From a bacterium (GTDB lineage Bacteria; SAR324; XYD2-FULL-50-16): a DNA stretch of 64,000 nt. The stretch's first letter is position 1; each line of letters opens with the position of its first letter. Shown here in pieces: positions 9,165 to 19,165 of the stretch. The stretch spans positions 1-64,000 of the forward strand of contig JAVVEA010000016.1 in assembly GCA_032250835.1 (NCBI GenBank), given 5' to 3'. A model generated the notes under the pieces. That model did not search any database, was not told the DNA's origin, and saw only the letters and a list, made by a program, of their open reading frames with translations. Position numbers and translations under genes: made by a program.

Positions 9165-9639
9165 GACCCTCCGGGCTGGTGGGGGCGAGTGTTACCTGAA
9201 GGCTCAGGCCCGATTCAGGACGGGGCAAAAAGGCGTATTGGTGCAAAAAGCCCAACCAGCCCAAATAGACGGCTAAGCCCGCCGTTTCGAGCCAATAAAC
9301 GATCGGGTCCGCCGCTTGGGTCAGCTGGCTAAAGTCGTTGGTGGCGTTGATCCAGCAAAGGCCCAAAACCCCGCCCAGCCCAGCGATCAAAACCGCCAAG
9401 GACCATTCTTTTAAAGACTCACTAGCCTTTGAGGCCGAAAAAAATAATACCGCCCAACCGAAGGCCAGTAGGGAGATCAGCTGGTCTTGGTAACCATTAG
9501 AAGGCACATCAAAATAGATATAGAGCCCCGGCCAGCGGAAGTCGATCTGGTGGACCAGAGCCAACAAAAAGAAGTGTCCAGCCGCCCCACCCAAGGAGCG
9601 CTTTAGCCAGGTCTTGGCCCAGGGGGCAGAAGGGGTCAT
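9157..9639 (-). CDS. Hypothetical membrane protein (about 4 TM)
   Basis: Four hydrophobic segments; packed between co-directional genes. Confidence 0.7.
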   Translation of the reverse strand: MTPSAPWAKTWLKRSLGGAAGHFFLLALVHQIDFRWPGLYIYFDVPSNGYQDQLISLLAFGWAVLFFSASKASESLKEWSLAVLIAGLGGVLGLCWINATNDFSQLTQAADPIVYWLETAGLAVYLGWLGFLHQYAFLPRPESGLSLQVTLAPTSPEGHV

Positions 9640-9641
9640 GA

Positions 9642-11471
9642 TTATTTCTTCAAAGAGAAGGGGTCGGCAATTACCGGTAAGGGCTCAAAGGTCTGCCCGG
9701 ATTTTCTGGCTTGGTCGAGTTTTTCTTTTTCTTCGGCGTCATACCACAACAGGCTTAAGTCCATCCCAGAAGGGGTAACAAACCCTTTAGGACCCTTGAT
9801 ATAGCGCCACCAGAGCAGCCTTGTGTGGTCGCTACGCCAAAAGGGCACCAACAGCGCCTTCTCTTTAACGATCCGCTCAATTTCAAAAATCGCGCTGACC
9901 CGCTTCTTCTCGTCTAAATCGAACTCATAGATTTCGATCAACTCATCCAAGCGGGGGTCTTTGATCATAAAGAGGTTGTTGCTGCCCTTGACGGCGTTTT
10001 CAGAATGCAAAAACTGGCGCGGACCGGGGAACTGGCCGCCCGAGTAGACTAAGATCAAGGCCATGTAGTTGCGCTCGCTAAAGGACTTATAAAGCGCGGC
10101 CCCGTCGAGCAACTTGATGTCTAAATCAATGCCCGCTTTCTTGGCCGTCTCTTTATAAAAACCCAAATACTTCAGCCAGGCCTGACTGCCCGTACTCGCC
10201 ACCACCCGTAGCGTCTGCCCATCTTTGGTGCGGATGCCTTCGGCGTTGCGCTGCTTGAAGCCCGCCTCATCAAGCAGTTGGTTGGCCTTCGCTAGATCGA
10301 AGGGGTAGGCCCGCATATTCGGGTCCCGGTAGGGAGGGTAGGTGTCAAAGAAGTTTTGCTGGCGGTCTTCGAGGCCATAAAGAAACTTCTCGTTGATGGT
10401 CTTAAAGTCCAAACAATGGGCCAAGGCCTTGCGGATCTTGAGGTCTTTTAAGATAGGGTCTTCTAAGTTCATCATCAACCCGCGGATGCCCGAAGGCTTA
10501 TCCACATAGATCAGCTGCTTGTTAACATAGCCTTTTTTAACTTCTTCGAAGTCCGTCTGCTGGACCCAGCGGGTTGAATCACTGACCGAGTAGAGGTCCA
10601 GGTTTCCCTTTTTGAAGAGTTCAAATTCCACTTCCGGCGTCCGCACCACCCGCACTTCGACCTCGTCGAAGTTATACATCCCCTTAAACCGGGGTTTGTC
10701 TTGGCCCCACCAGTCCTTAACCCGCACAAAGGTGACGGCCTTGCCCTTATCAAAGGGGCCGATCACATAAGGCGTAGCGGTCACATGGGGTGACCAGTTG
10801 GTGTCCTTGACCCAGTCGGGGGTCAGTTTGGTGGCGTGGCGCGGGATGGGGTTGAGGTCCATCTCAAAGAGCAACCGCCAGCTAGGCTTTTTGGCGACTA
10901 TCTTGAGGTGGTGGTCATCCACCTTGGCGACAGTTTCAAAATGATCGCGGATGTATTGGTTATAAAAGGGCGCTTGGATATGTTCGCTTTGCAGGAACTC
11001 ATAGGCAAAAACAAAATCATCAGCCGTCAACGGGGCCCCATCGGACCAACGGGCGTCGGGGTCTAAGCGGTAAAAGACGGTCCGGTTGTCGTCTAAGACC
11101 GCCCAAGCAGTAGCCAAAGCAGGGATGATCTGGTGGGTCGCCGGGTGTAGCGTGGTCAGGCCCATAAAAGACAATTCCCGGTTAAAGCCCACAAAGCCTC
11201 CGGAGTTGCTGTTGGGGCCATAAAGTCGAAAGGTCAGCGGGAAGCTGTTGATCGAGGCTTGGTAAAGTCCACCTTTTTTTGCGTTGGCGTCCGCATAGGC
11301 CGGAAAGTCGCCGCCAGATTCCCAGTTCAATCCTTCGGGTAGCTTAGCCGTCGAGGGAAGGGCATCGGCGCGCACCACCGGGGCCTTGGCCGGGGCGGAT
11401 TCGGGTTTTTTGTCGCAGCCGACGAGAGTAAAGACCAGCAGGCTTAAGGCCAGGGCAGCAAATCGCATCAT
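9642..11471 (-). CDS. ABC transporter peptide-binding lipoprotein (SBP family 5, YejA-like)
   Basis: Lipobox LVGC; NAKKGG, ARWSDG.PLTADD, YWG-like WWG and FDLAKANQLLDEAG motifs. Confidence 0.88.
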   Translation of the reverse strand: MMRFAALALSLLVFTLVGCDKKPESAPAKAPVVRADALPSTAKLPEGLNWESGGDFPAYADANAKKGGLYQASINSFPLTFRLYGPNSNSGGFVGFNRELSFMGLTTLHPATHQIIPALATAWAVLDDNRTVFYRLDPDARWSDGAPLTADDFVFAYEFLQSEHIQAPFYNQYIRDHFETVAKVDDHHLKIVAKKPSWRLLFEMDLNPIPRHATKLTPDWVKDTNWSPHVTATPYVIGPFDKGKAVTFVRVKDWWGQDKPRFKGMYNFDEVEVRVVRTPEVEFELFKKGNLDLYSVSDSTRWVQQTDFEEVKKGYVNKQLIYVDKPSGIRGLMMNLEDPILKDLKIRKALAHCLDFKTINEKFLYGLEDRQQNFFDTYPPYRDPNMRAYPFDLAKANQLLDEAGFKQRNAEGIRTKDGQTLRVVASTGSQAWLKYLGFYKETAKKAGIDLDIKLLDGAALYKSFSERNYMALILVYSGGQFPGPRQFLHSENAVKGSNNLFMIKDPRLDELIEIYEFDLDEKKRVSAIFEIERIVKEKALLVPFWRSDHTRLLWWRYIKGPKGFVTPSGMDLSLLWYDAEEKEKLDQARKSGQTFEPLPVIADPFSLKK

Positions 11472-11605
11472 CCTCTTTGTATCGTTAAGGTTTGGGCCAG
11501 GATAAGGGGCCAGCCCGGCGAAGACAAGTCAAAAAGGGCGCAATTCTTTGCCCTTTCAAGGTAAAATATTTTGGGTTGCCCTACCCCTAGCCAGCCCCGC
11601 AGCTC

Positions 11606-12001
11606 TTAAGAAACCAAAAAATAGGGGTGGTAGTCTGGGGCATCGGGCACCAAGGGACGCGAAGCAAGGAGGGTCTGCACCAGCGGATCGGGACCATTTT
11701 TTACGGCCTGGGCCCAGCCTGCGGGCACCATAAAAGCGACCCAAACAGGTCCTTTGATCTCGCGGATGGTCACCTCACTACCCTTAACCGGCTGGCCCCA
11801 ATAGAGCCAAATCCGCTGGGGCACTTGATAAACCAACAGTTCGTCGCGCCATTTGTGGTAATGATTGCCCGCCATCGCCTCGGGCTTTAAAGAAGCCCAA
11901 CTTGCCTCCGCCACTACCCCCAAAAAATCAAGCGCCGCTTGGGGCAGCACCCAGGGCGCCTCGGGTTCCCTTTGAGGTAGAATCAAGAAATCTGGCTTCA
12001 T
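11606..12001 (-). CDS. Hypothetical protein
   Basis: ORF following the SpoIIAA-like gene; ATG at 12001 avoids overlap. No family recognised. Confidence 0.55.
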   Translation of the reverse strand: MKPDFLILPQREPEAPWVLPQAALDFLGVVAEASWASLKPEAMAGNHYHKWRDELLVYQVPQRIWLYWGQPVKGSEVTIREIKGPVWVAFMVPAGWAQAVKNGPDPLVQTLLASRPLVPDAPDYHPYFLVS

Positions 12002-12011
12002 GCTGGTCTGT

Positions 12012-12383
12012 TCAACTGCGTGGGGGAACTGTTTGGATCCAATGCCAAGCCTGCTGCATCTCGTCGGCTTCAAAGTATTTGGTCCTTGCCTTAACCATCA
12101 ATCCGCCCAACTCTAGCCACCACTTTTCCCAAGCATGATCACCGACCACCGCCAGGGCTATTAGGTCCTTGATATGCCTTAAAAGAAACATCATGTCTTC
12201 GGCAAAGGCCATCAACTCCGCTCCCTTCCAATGGTCCAAATGGACTAAAAGTCTGAGCTGACCTGATTGGTCGATCATCCCTTCAAGGCGCTTAACAATC
12301 GCCTCAATATCCTCTCGGCTTAACTTCCCGTGGATGCGCACCCCCGCCAAATTACCTTCCGTCTGGGGCAGAAACTCGTACAT
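12012..12383 (-). CDS. SpoIIAA-like (STAS/SEC14) domain protein
   Basis: GKLS.ED, LRLLV, AVVGD..W and YF......A..W pattern; AGGAG RBS. Confidence 0.85.
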   Translation of the reverse strand: MYEFLPQTEGNLAGVRIHGKLSREDIEAIVKRLEGMIDQSGQLRLLVHLDHWKGAELMAFAEDMMFLLRHIKDLIALAVVGDHAWEKWWLELGGLMVKARTKYFEADEMQQAWHWIQTVPPRS

Positions 12384-12676
12384 GTTCTCTCCTTTTGGAT
12401 GTTCCTAGCTACAGTCTAACAGGCCCCAGCATAGCTTCCAAGGGGAAATCTAAGGGAACCCGGCAATCTCGAACGGCGGGGCGTATTTCTAGGTAGTGCA
12501 TAGGGCTCAAGCACCAAGACCCCGAACTTGGGAGGTGGCAGCAGACTTGCGGAGCTGGTGGGGTCGGTAAATCTGAGGGCCCGGAGGCTGGGTAAAAGGT
12601 GGGGAGCGGTCCTTGTAGGTCCGCGGAACCTTTTGGGCTCAGACTAGAAAAAGATCCCGGCCCAAAGGCTCGGGGC

Positions 12677-12717
12677 AAAAAAAAAGACCGGCCCTCCTGG
12701 TCGGAGAACCGGTCTTT
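12677..12717 (-). terminator. Intrinsic terminator of mdh-sucCD
   Basis: Minus strand AAAGACCGG...CCGGTC followed by a T9 run, just after the sucD stop. Confidence 0.85.
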
Positions 12718-12741
12718 AAAGGGCCTAAGCAGTTAAACGGT

Positions 12742-13617
12742 TTAAGGCTTATAGACGTCGGCCATACAAGAGCCGATCTCAGCAGCCGTGTGGGCCACCT
12801 TGACGCCCGCTTTGGTCAATGCGTCGATCTTCGACTTAGCACTACCGCCGCTACCGGAAACAATCGCCCCGGCGTGGCCCATACGGCGGCCCGGAGGAGC
12901 GGTTTGTCCGGTGATGTAACCGGCCATGGGCTTGGTCACGTATTCTTTGATGAAGTCGGCCGCTTCTTCTTCAGCCGTACCGCCGATCTCGCCGATCATC
13001 ACAATCGCTTCGGTGCCGGGGTCGTCCTGGAACATCCGCAAACAGTCGATAAAGTTGGTGCCGTTGATCGGGTCACCGCCGATGCCGATGCAGGTGGACT
13101 GGCCAAAGCCGTGCTGGACCAGCTGGGCCACCGTCTCGTAGGTCAGCGTGCCGGAGCGTGAAACCACGCCCACCTTGCCTTCCTTGTGGATATGACCGGG
13201 CATGATGCCCACCTTGGCTTGGCCGGGGGTGATCACGCCGGGGCAGTTAGGGCCCACCAAGCGGGTCTTACTGCCCTTTAGAGCCGCTGCGACGTTGATC
13301 ATGTCGTTGACCGGAATGCCCTCGGTGATGCAGATCACCAAGCGCACTTCTGCCTCGATGGCCTCCAACACGGCGTCAGCCGCAAATGGGGGCGGAACGA
13401 AGATCAAGCTACAATCCGCTTCGGTCTTTTCTTTGGCGTCACGCACGCTGTTAAATACCGGGAAGCCCTCGTGGACCGTTCCGCCTTTGCCGGGGGTCAC
13501 CCCGCCGACGATTTGGGTCTGGCCGTAAGCCGCACAGGCCTTGGCATGTAAGGTGCCCTGGGCACCGGTCAGGCCCTGCACCAGGATTTTGGTGTTGTTG
13601 TCTACCAATACGCTCAT
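12742..13617 (-). CDS. sucD: Succinyl-CoA synthetase alpha subunit
   Basis: [24 protein letters not shown] and RMGHAGA phosphohistidine motif. Confidence 0.97.
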   Translation of the reverse strand: MSVLVDNNTKILVQGLTGAQGTLHAKACAAYGQTQIVGGVTPGKGGTVHEGFPVFNSVRDAKEKTEADCSLIFVPPPFAADAVLEAIEAEVRLVICITEGIPVNDMINVAAALKGSKTRLVGPNCPGVITPGQAKVGIMPGHIHKEGKVGVVSRSGTLTYETVAQLVQHGFGQSTCIGIGGDPINGTNFIDCLRMFQDDPGTEAIVMIGEIGGTAEEEAADFIKEYVTKPMAGYITGQTAPPGRRMGHAGAIVSGSGGSAKSKIDALTKAGVKVAHTAAEIGSCMADVYKP

Positions 13618-13639
13618 CGTTGCCTTATGGTTCGCAGGG

Positions 13640-14824
13640 TTAGCTGTTGCTGGTGGAGATTTCGACTGCCTGTTTGGCCGCCGGGCCCAGGCCCTGGCAC
13701 ATGATCAGACGATCACCTAGGCCAGAGTTCGCAATGATTTCTGCGGCCTGTTCCGCGTTGGTGCCTTCTAAGCGGACCACCACCGGAATCTTCATATCCA
13801 CCTTCTTAAAGGCCTGCACCACGCCATTGGCGATGATGTCGCAGCGGACAATACCACCGAAGATATTGATCAAAATGCAGTTGACGTTCGCGTCTTGGGT
13901 GATGATGCGGAAGGCGTTGGCCACCCGCTCTTCGTCAGCCGTGCCCCCCACGTCAAGGAAGTTAGCCGGGCTGCCGCCGTAGCTGTCCAAGATGTCCATG
14001 GTGGCCATCGCCAAACCGGCACCGTTGACCATGCAGCCAATCTTGCCGTCTAGCTTGATGAAGTTTAGGTCGTGCTGGCTCGCCTCGACCTCAGTGGCCT
14101 CTTCTTCGTCCAAGTCGCGCAGCTCAAGAGTGCTGGGGTGCCGGTAAAGGGCGTTAGAGTCGAAGGACATCTTGCAGTCTAGGGCCAAGATGCGCTCGTC
14201 GCCGGTGACGATCATGGGGTTGATCTCGAGCATGTCGCAGTCTTCGGCCATAAAGGCTTGGTAAAGTCCGTTAAAGAACCCATGGGCCTGCTTGAGCACC
14301 GCTTTGCCGTATTTATCGAGACCCAGGCCGTAGGCCAAGCGGGTCGTCTGGAAAGGACGCAACCCGTAAATGGGGTTCACGTATTCCTTCAAAATCTTTT
14401 CGGGCGTTGCGGCGGCCACCTCTTCGATGTCCATCCCGCCTTCGGTCGAAGCCAACAAAACCACCTGCTTGCGCGCGCGGTCCACCAACACAGAGAAGTA
14501 CAACTCCGTTTTGATGTCCATTCCCTCTTCAATCAGCAGGGTTTTGACCTGCTGTCCTTCGGGGCCGGTTTGGTGGGTGATCAGTTGCATGCCCAAAATC
14601 GCCGTAGCGTTTTCCTTGAGGGCGTCTAGACCTTTAGAGACCTTCACACCGCCGCCTTTGCCCCGCCCACCGGCGTGGATCTGCGCCTTAACAACGCGGA
14701 CCTCACCGGGCAGGGTAGAGGCTTGTTTCATCACTTCGTCTACGGACTTGCAAACGTACCCCTGGGGCCGAGCGACGCCGTACTTCGAGATAATGGCTTT
14801 CGCCTGATATTCATGGATCTTCAT
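13640..14824 (-). CDS. sucC: Succinyl-CoA synthetase beta subunit
   Basis: [34 protein letters not shown] and NIFGGIVRC motifs. Confidence 0.97.
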   Translation of the reverse strand: MKIHEYQAKAIISKYGVARPQGYVCKSVDEVMKQASTLPGEVRVVKAQIHAGGRGKGGGVKVSKGLDALKENATAILGMQLITHQTGPEGQQVKTLLIEEGMDIKTELYFSVLVDRARKQVVLLASTEGGMDIEEVAAATPEKILKEYVNPIYGLRPFQTTRLAYGLGLDKYGKAVLKQAHGFFNGLYQAFMAEDCDMLEINPMIVTGDERILALDCKMSFDSNALYRHPSTLELRDLDEEEATEVEASQHDLNFIKLDGKIGCMVNGAGLAMATMDILDSYGGSPANFLDVGGTADEERVANAFRIITQDANVNCILINIFGGIVRCDIIANGVVQAFKKVDMKIPVVVRLEGTNAEQAAEIIANSGLGDRLIMCQGLGPAAKQAVEISTSNS

Positions 14825-14880
14825 CTAACTTCCTGAAGTTGGTTGGATGGAAGCGCAGTCAACGCACTTCCAGGCAAGGA

Positions 14881-15936
<1,056 letters not shown>

Positions 15937-15967
15937 TCAAAAGACCCCTAAGATTTCCGCTAAAGGG

Positions 15968-15985
15968 GTCTACGTCAACTAAAAA
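15968..15985. promoter_or_regulatory. Candidate LiuR-like operator upstream of mdh-sucCD
   Basis: GTCTACGTCAACTAAAAA matches GTTTACGTCAACGTAAAC at 14 of 18 positions and overlaps a minus-strand TTGACG. Confidence 0.4.
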
Positions 15986-16117
15986 TGTAAACCCAAGGGA
16001 GCTTCAGCGGACCCCTGGGCGGTTATAGTTTCATGTATACCCTTCCTAAACGAAGTGATCAACATTTTGACGGTTTCTTAGCCGAAATTTTTCTGTTCAC
16101 CCTAACCATTGACCCCC

Positions 16118-16744
16118 ATGAGGACTTCTCTATTCCAGTCAAAACTGGCCCAGGCGCTGCTTGAGCCGCTCAGCCATTGGGGCTTAAAATGGTTGGGGCC
16201 CTGGCGCTTTGAAGGTAGCTTCTCACCAGAGATAAAAAAATGCGTGATCATCGGCGCGCCGCATACCTCGAACTGGGACTTCGTCTATATGGTCTTTGCG
16301 GCCTTTGTGCTGAAACAAGATTTCCGCTGGATGGGCAAGGACGCTATCTTCCGCTTCCCTTTTGGGCGTTTGGCTCGTTGGGCGGGCGGCATCAGCATCG
16401 ACCGCAGCCACTCTGAAAACCGGGTCGAAAAAACCATCGAACGGTTTGGCGCAGAAGAAAGATTGATGTTGATCATCCCGCCCGAAGGGACCCGAGGGCG
16501 ACGCGAGCGTTGGAAAACGGGATTTTACTACATCGCCTTAGGGGCCCAAGTCCCGGTCATCCCCTGCTGGGTTGATTACGCCAACAAAGTGATCGGCATC
16601 GGCGAGCCTATGCACCTAAGCGGGAATCTAGAGCAAGACCTAGGCCGCCTAAAAGACTTCTACCGCCCCGAATGGGGCCGCCACCCCGAACTTTTTACGC
16701 CGCCTTTAAGCGAGCCAGAGCCCCCCATTAAGCAGGCCCCATGA
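16118..16744 (+). CDS. PlsC-family lysophospholipid acyltransferase
   Basis: PHTSNWD (HxxxxD), PEGTR and WKTGFY motifs. Confidence 0.9.
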   Translation: MRTSLFQSKLAQALLEPLSHWGLKWLGPWRFEGSFSPEIKKCVIIGAPHTSNWDFVYMVFAAFVLKQDFRWMGKDAIFRFPFGRLARWAGGISIDRSHSENRVEKTIERFGAEERLMLIIPPEGTRGRRERWKTGFYYIALGAQVPVIPCWVDYANKVIGIGEPMHLSGNLEQDLGRLKDFYRPEWGRHPELFTPPLSEPEPPIKQAP

Positions 16745-17181
16745 AACAGCTCCGCGAAGCCACCACCGCCGACATCCCCGCTATGCTGGGCCTACTTGAG
16801 CAACTCTTCGAGATCGAACAGGATTTTGAATTTGTTGAGTCCGTCCAACAGTTGGGCTTAGAGGAATTGCTGGCCAGCAAGGCTTTGGTGTTGGTCGCTG
16901 AACTAGCCGGGGAAGTGGTGGCCATGGCGCAGATGCAGGAATTGGTTTCTACGGCCAGCGGGGGTAAGGTGGGGCTGATTGAAGATGTCATTGTAGACCA
17001 AGCGCACCGGGATCAGGGCTTGGGTGAAGACCTGATCGAGGCCCTCACCGAAGCGGCTCAAGAACGGGGCTACGCCCGCCTGCAACTATTGGCCGATAAA
17101 GACAACTACCGAGCCCTAAAGTTTTATGGCCGCCTCGGCTGGTTCGCCACCAACCTGATCCCTCTGCGCTTTGAGCCTTAA
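16741..17181 (+). CDS. GNAT family N-acetyltransferase
   Basis: IEDVIVD..HRDQGLG acetyl-CoA motif and ALKFY; ATGA overlap with the upstream gene. Confidence 0.9.
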   Translation: MKQLREATTADIPAMLGLLEQLFEIEQDFEFVESVQQLGLEELLASKALVLVAELAGEVVAMAQMQELVSTASGGKVGLIEDVIVDQAHRDQGLGEDLIEALTEAAQERGYARLQLLADKDNYRALKFYGRLGWFATNLIPLRFEP

Positions 17182-17867
17182 GCGGCAAGAGGCCTGGAAT
17201 AGCGTTTGATCAGCCTTTGCTCACCTAACCGCGCGTCAATTAAGTCCAAATTGCGCGCCTCTGAGAAGTCCTTGGGCGTATATTCATTAGAAGGCAAACC
17301 GCCCTGGTCCACCTCGGCGAGCAACCCACAACGCTGGTAGGCCTCAGAAACCATTTCGCTGCAAAACATTTCGCCCAAGTCTTCTTGATTCTGCCCGCCG
17401 GGCCCATCATAGGCCGCCTTCATCAATTCCCACATATCCGATTCATAGCGCTTGAGCTTCCATTCCTTGCGCAGAACGGCCAGTACTTTGCCAATTTCCT
17501 TGCGGTCTTGCCCTGCCTGAAGCTGCAAAGGCCGCCAAACAACATCGCCCGGATAGTTGGCCAACCGAGCACTCAAGGGGACCAGCTGGACCCCGGCCCG
17601 GTAGGTCTTGGTCTCGGCGTCTTCGACATCGGTCAGCGTGGTAGACTCCCACAGCATGACCTCATCAAATTCTTCTAAAACCATCACCATGCCCACATGG
17701 GACCAGCGCGAGCGAGTCCCCAAGCGGATCACCATGCTGGTCGCGCTGGTACCGGAAAAAAGGAGTAAATCACCAGTTTTCATTTCTTGGCGGATACCGC
17801 TGCCTACTGAATTTTCGTATTCGTAGACCCTTTCGCTGGTGGTGCCGATCAATTTATGTTGCGACAT
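17178..17867 (-). CDS. Permuted papain-like NlpC/P60 enzyme (YiiX/YebB-like)
   Basis: TGDLLLF, WSHVG, then FCSEMV..AY and TP.DF; His precedes Cys. Confidence 0.82.
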   Translation of the reverse strand: MSQHKLIGTTSERVYEYENSVGSGIRQEMKTGDLLLFSGTSATSMVIRLGTRSRWSHVGMVMVLEEFDEVMLWESTTLTDVEDAETKTYRAGVQLVPLSARLANYPGDVVWRPLQLQAGQDRKEIGKVLAVLRKEWKLKRYESDMWELMKAAYDGPGGQNQEDLGEMFCSEMVSEAYQRCGLLAEVDQGGLPSNEYTPKDFSEARNLDLIDARLGEQRLIKRYSRPLAA

Positions 17868-17959
17868 TTTTTACCTCTTATGGATTCTAATCATTGATGA
17901 AAAACTACCTAAATAGGTCATTTTTCTGTATCAGAATCGCCGCCAAGAAGCAAAAAAAT

Positions 17960-19147
17960 TTAGCCCCCCAAGGACTTATGGGGGCGCCTAGCCACCATTT
18001 GGGGCGCTACACCTTGGGCACCGGGCAGCCAGACGGCTTGGCCCGGCTGGGCGACCTCGCGGTCTTTGCCCTGTAGATTGGTCAAGGAAGTGGCTTGGCG
18101 GGTTAAAATCTGGGGACCGAAGCCCAATAATTCTATGCTATCGCCCTTGAAGAGCCGATTTTTCAGCAGCATCGCAAAGCGGTCGCGCCCCGGGTCCACC
18201 TCCAAGACCGTACCGGCCAACTCCCATTGGCTCGATAGCTCCTCTTGGCCGGTGAAGACCGAGTCGTAGCCCGCAGGCTGTTCCAGGTTGCCTTGGTCGT
18301 AGTCCCGGTGCGAAATCTTCTCCAACTCGGCGTCCCATAGGTCCCAATCTACGGGCCCGCCGTGGTTTAGCTGATCCATCACGCCCCGGTAGGCGCGGGT
18401 GGTGGTGGCCAGATATAAGGCGCTCTTCATCCGTCCTTCGATCTTCGCGGCGTCAATACCTAGCTCCTTAAAACGCCCCAACAAACGCAAGGCCTTAAGG
18501 TCCTGGGCGCTCATGAAGTGGCGGCTGCCTTGGGGTTGGCCCTGATCAAAGAGTTGGTATTCAAAGCGGCAGGAATGCACGCAGCCGCCCCGGTTGCTGT
18601 CGCGCCCGGCCATATAATTGCTGATGGTGCACTGGCCCGAGTAGCTCATACACATGGCCCCCTGGACAAAGGCTTCCACCTCTAAGCCACTATTTTCCTT
18701 TATCCTGGCCGCCTCTTCTAAGCTCACCTCCCGGCCCAGGACCAAGCGTTTAACCCCTAGATCACCATAAAGTTGGGCGGCTTCACTGTTGAGTAATGAA
18801 GCTTGAGTCGACAGATGCACGGGCATGGGGCTGTAGCGCTGGACTGCCCGGATCACGCCTAGGTCAGAGCAAATCGCCGCATCCGGCCAAGGTCCGGGCA
18901 ACTGGGCGAGCCAATCAGGTAGTTCGGCCAGTTCCTGGTCCTGCAACACGCCATTTAAGGCTAAATAGACCCTGGCACCGAGCTGGTGCGCATAAGATAC
19001 GGCCCGGCCCAATTGCTCAGGCGTAAAATTATCGGCCGCCGAGCGCAGGCCAAAGCGCCTGCCCGCCAGATAAACAGCGTCCGCCCCGTAAGCCAAAGCG
19101 ACTTTGAGCTTTTCGAAATTTCCCGCAGGTGATAAGATTTCGGTCAT
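17960..19147 (-). CDS. U32 peptidase-family Fe-S protein (TrhP/YegQ-like, probable tRNA hydroxylation)
   Basis: EILSPAG, YGADAVY, HLSTQA, CMSYSGQC...NRGGCVHSCR and KIEGRMKS motifs. Confidence 0.88.
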   Translation of the reverse strand: MTEILSPAGNFEKLKVALAYGADAVYLAGRRFGLRSAADNFTPEQLGRAVSYAHQLGARVYLALNGVLQDQELAELPDWLAQLPGPWPDAAICSDLGVIRAVQRYSPMPVHLSTQASLLNSEAAQLYGDLGVKRLVLGREVSLEEAARIKENSGLEVEAFVQGAMCMSYSGQCTISNYMAGRDSNRGGCVHSCRFEYQLFDQGQPQGSRHFMSAQDLKALRLLGRFKELGIDAAKIEGRMKSALYLATTTRAYRGVMDQLNHGGPVDWDLWDAELEKISHRDYDQGNLEQPAGYDSVFTGQEELSSQWELAGTVLEVDPGRDRFAMLLKNRLFKGDSIELLGFGPQILTRQATSLTNLQGKDREVAQPGQAVWLPGAQGVAPQMVARRPHKSLGG

Positions 19148-19165
19148 TACCTTCAATTAAATTCC

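Noticed and set aside
12409-12678. 89-aa ORF or ncRNA between sucD and the SpoIIAA-like gene
   Set aside because: Begins at the terminator tail with a TTG start; no RNA family or strong structure recognised.
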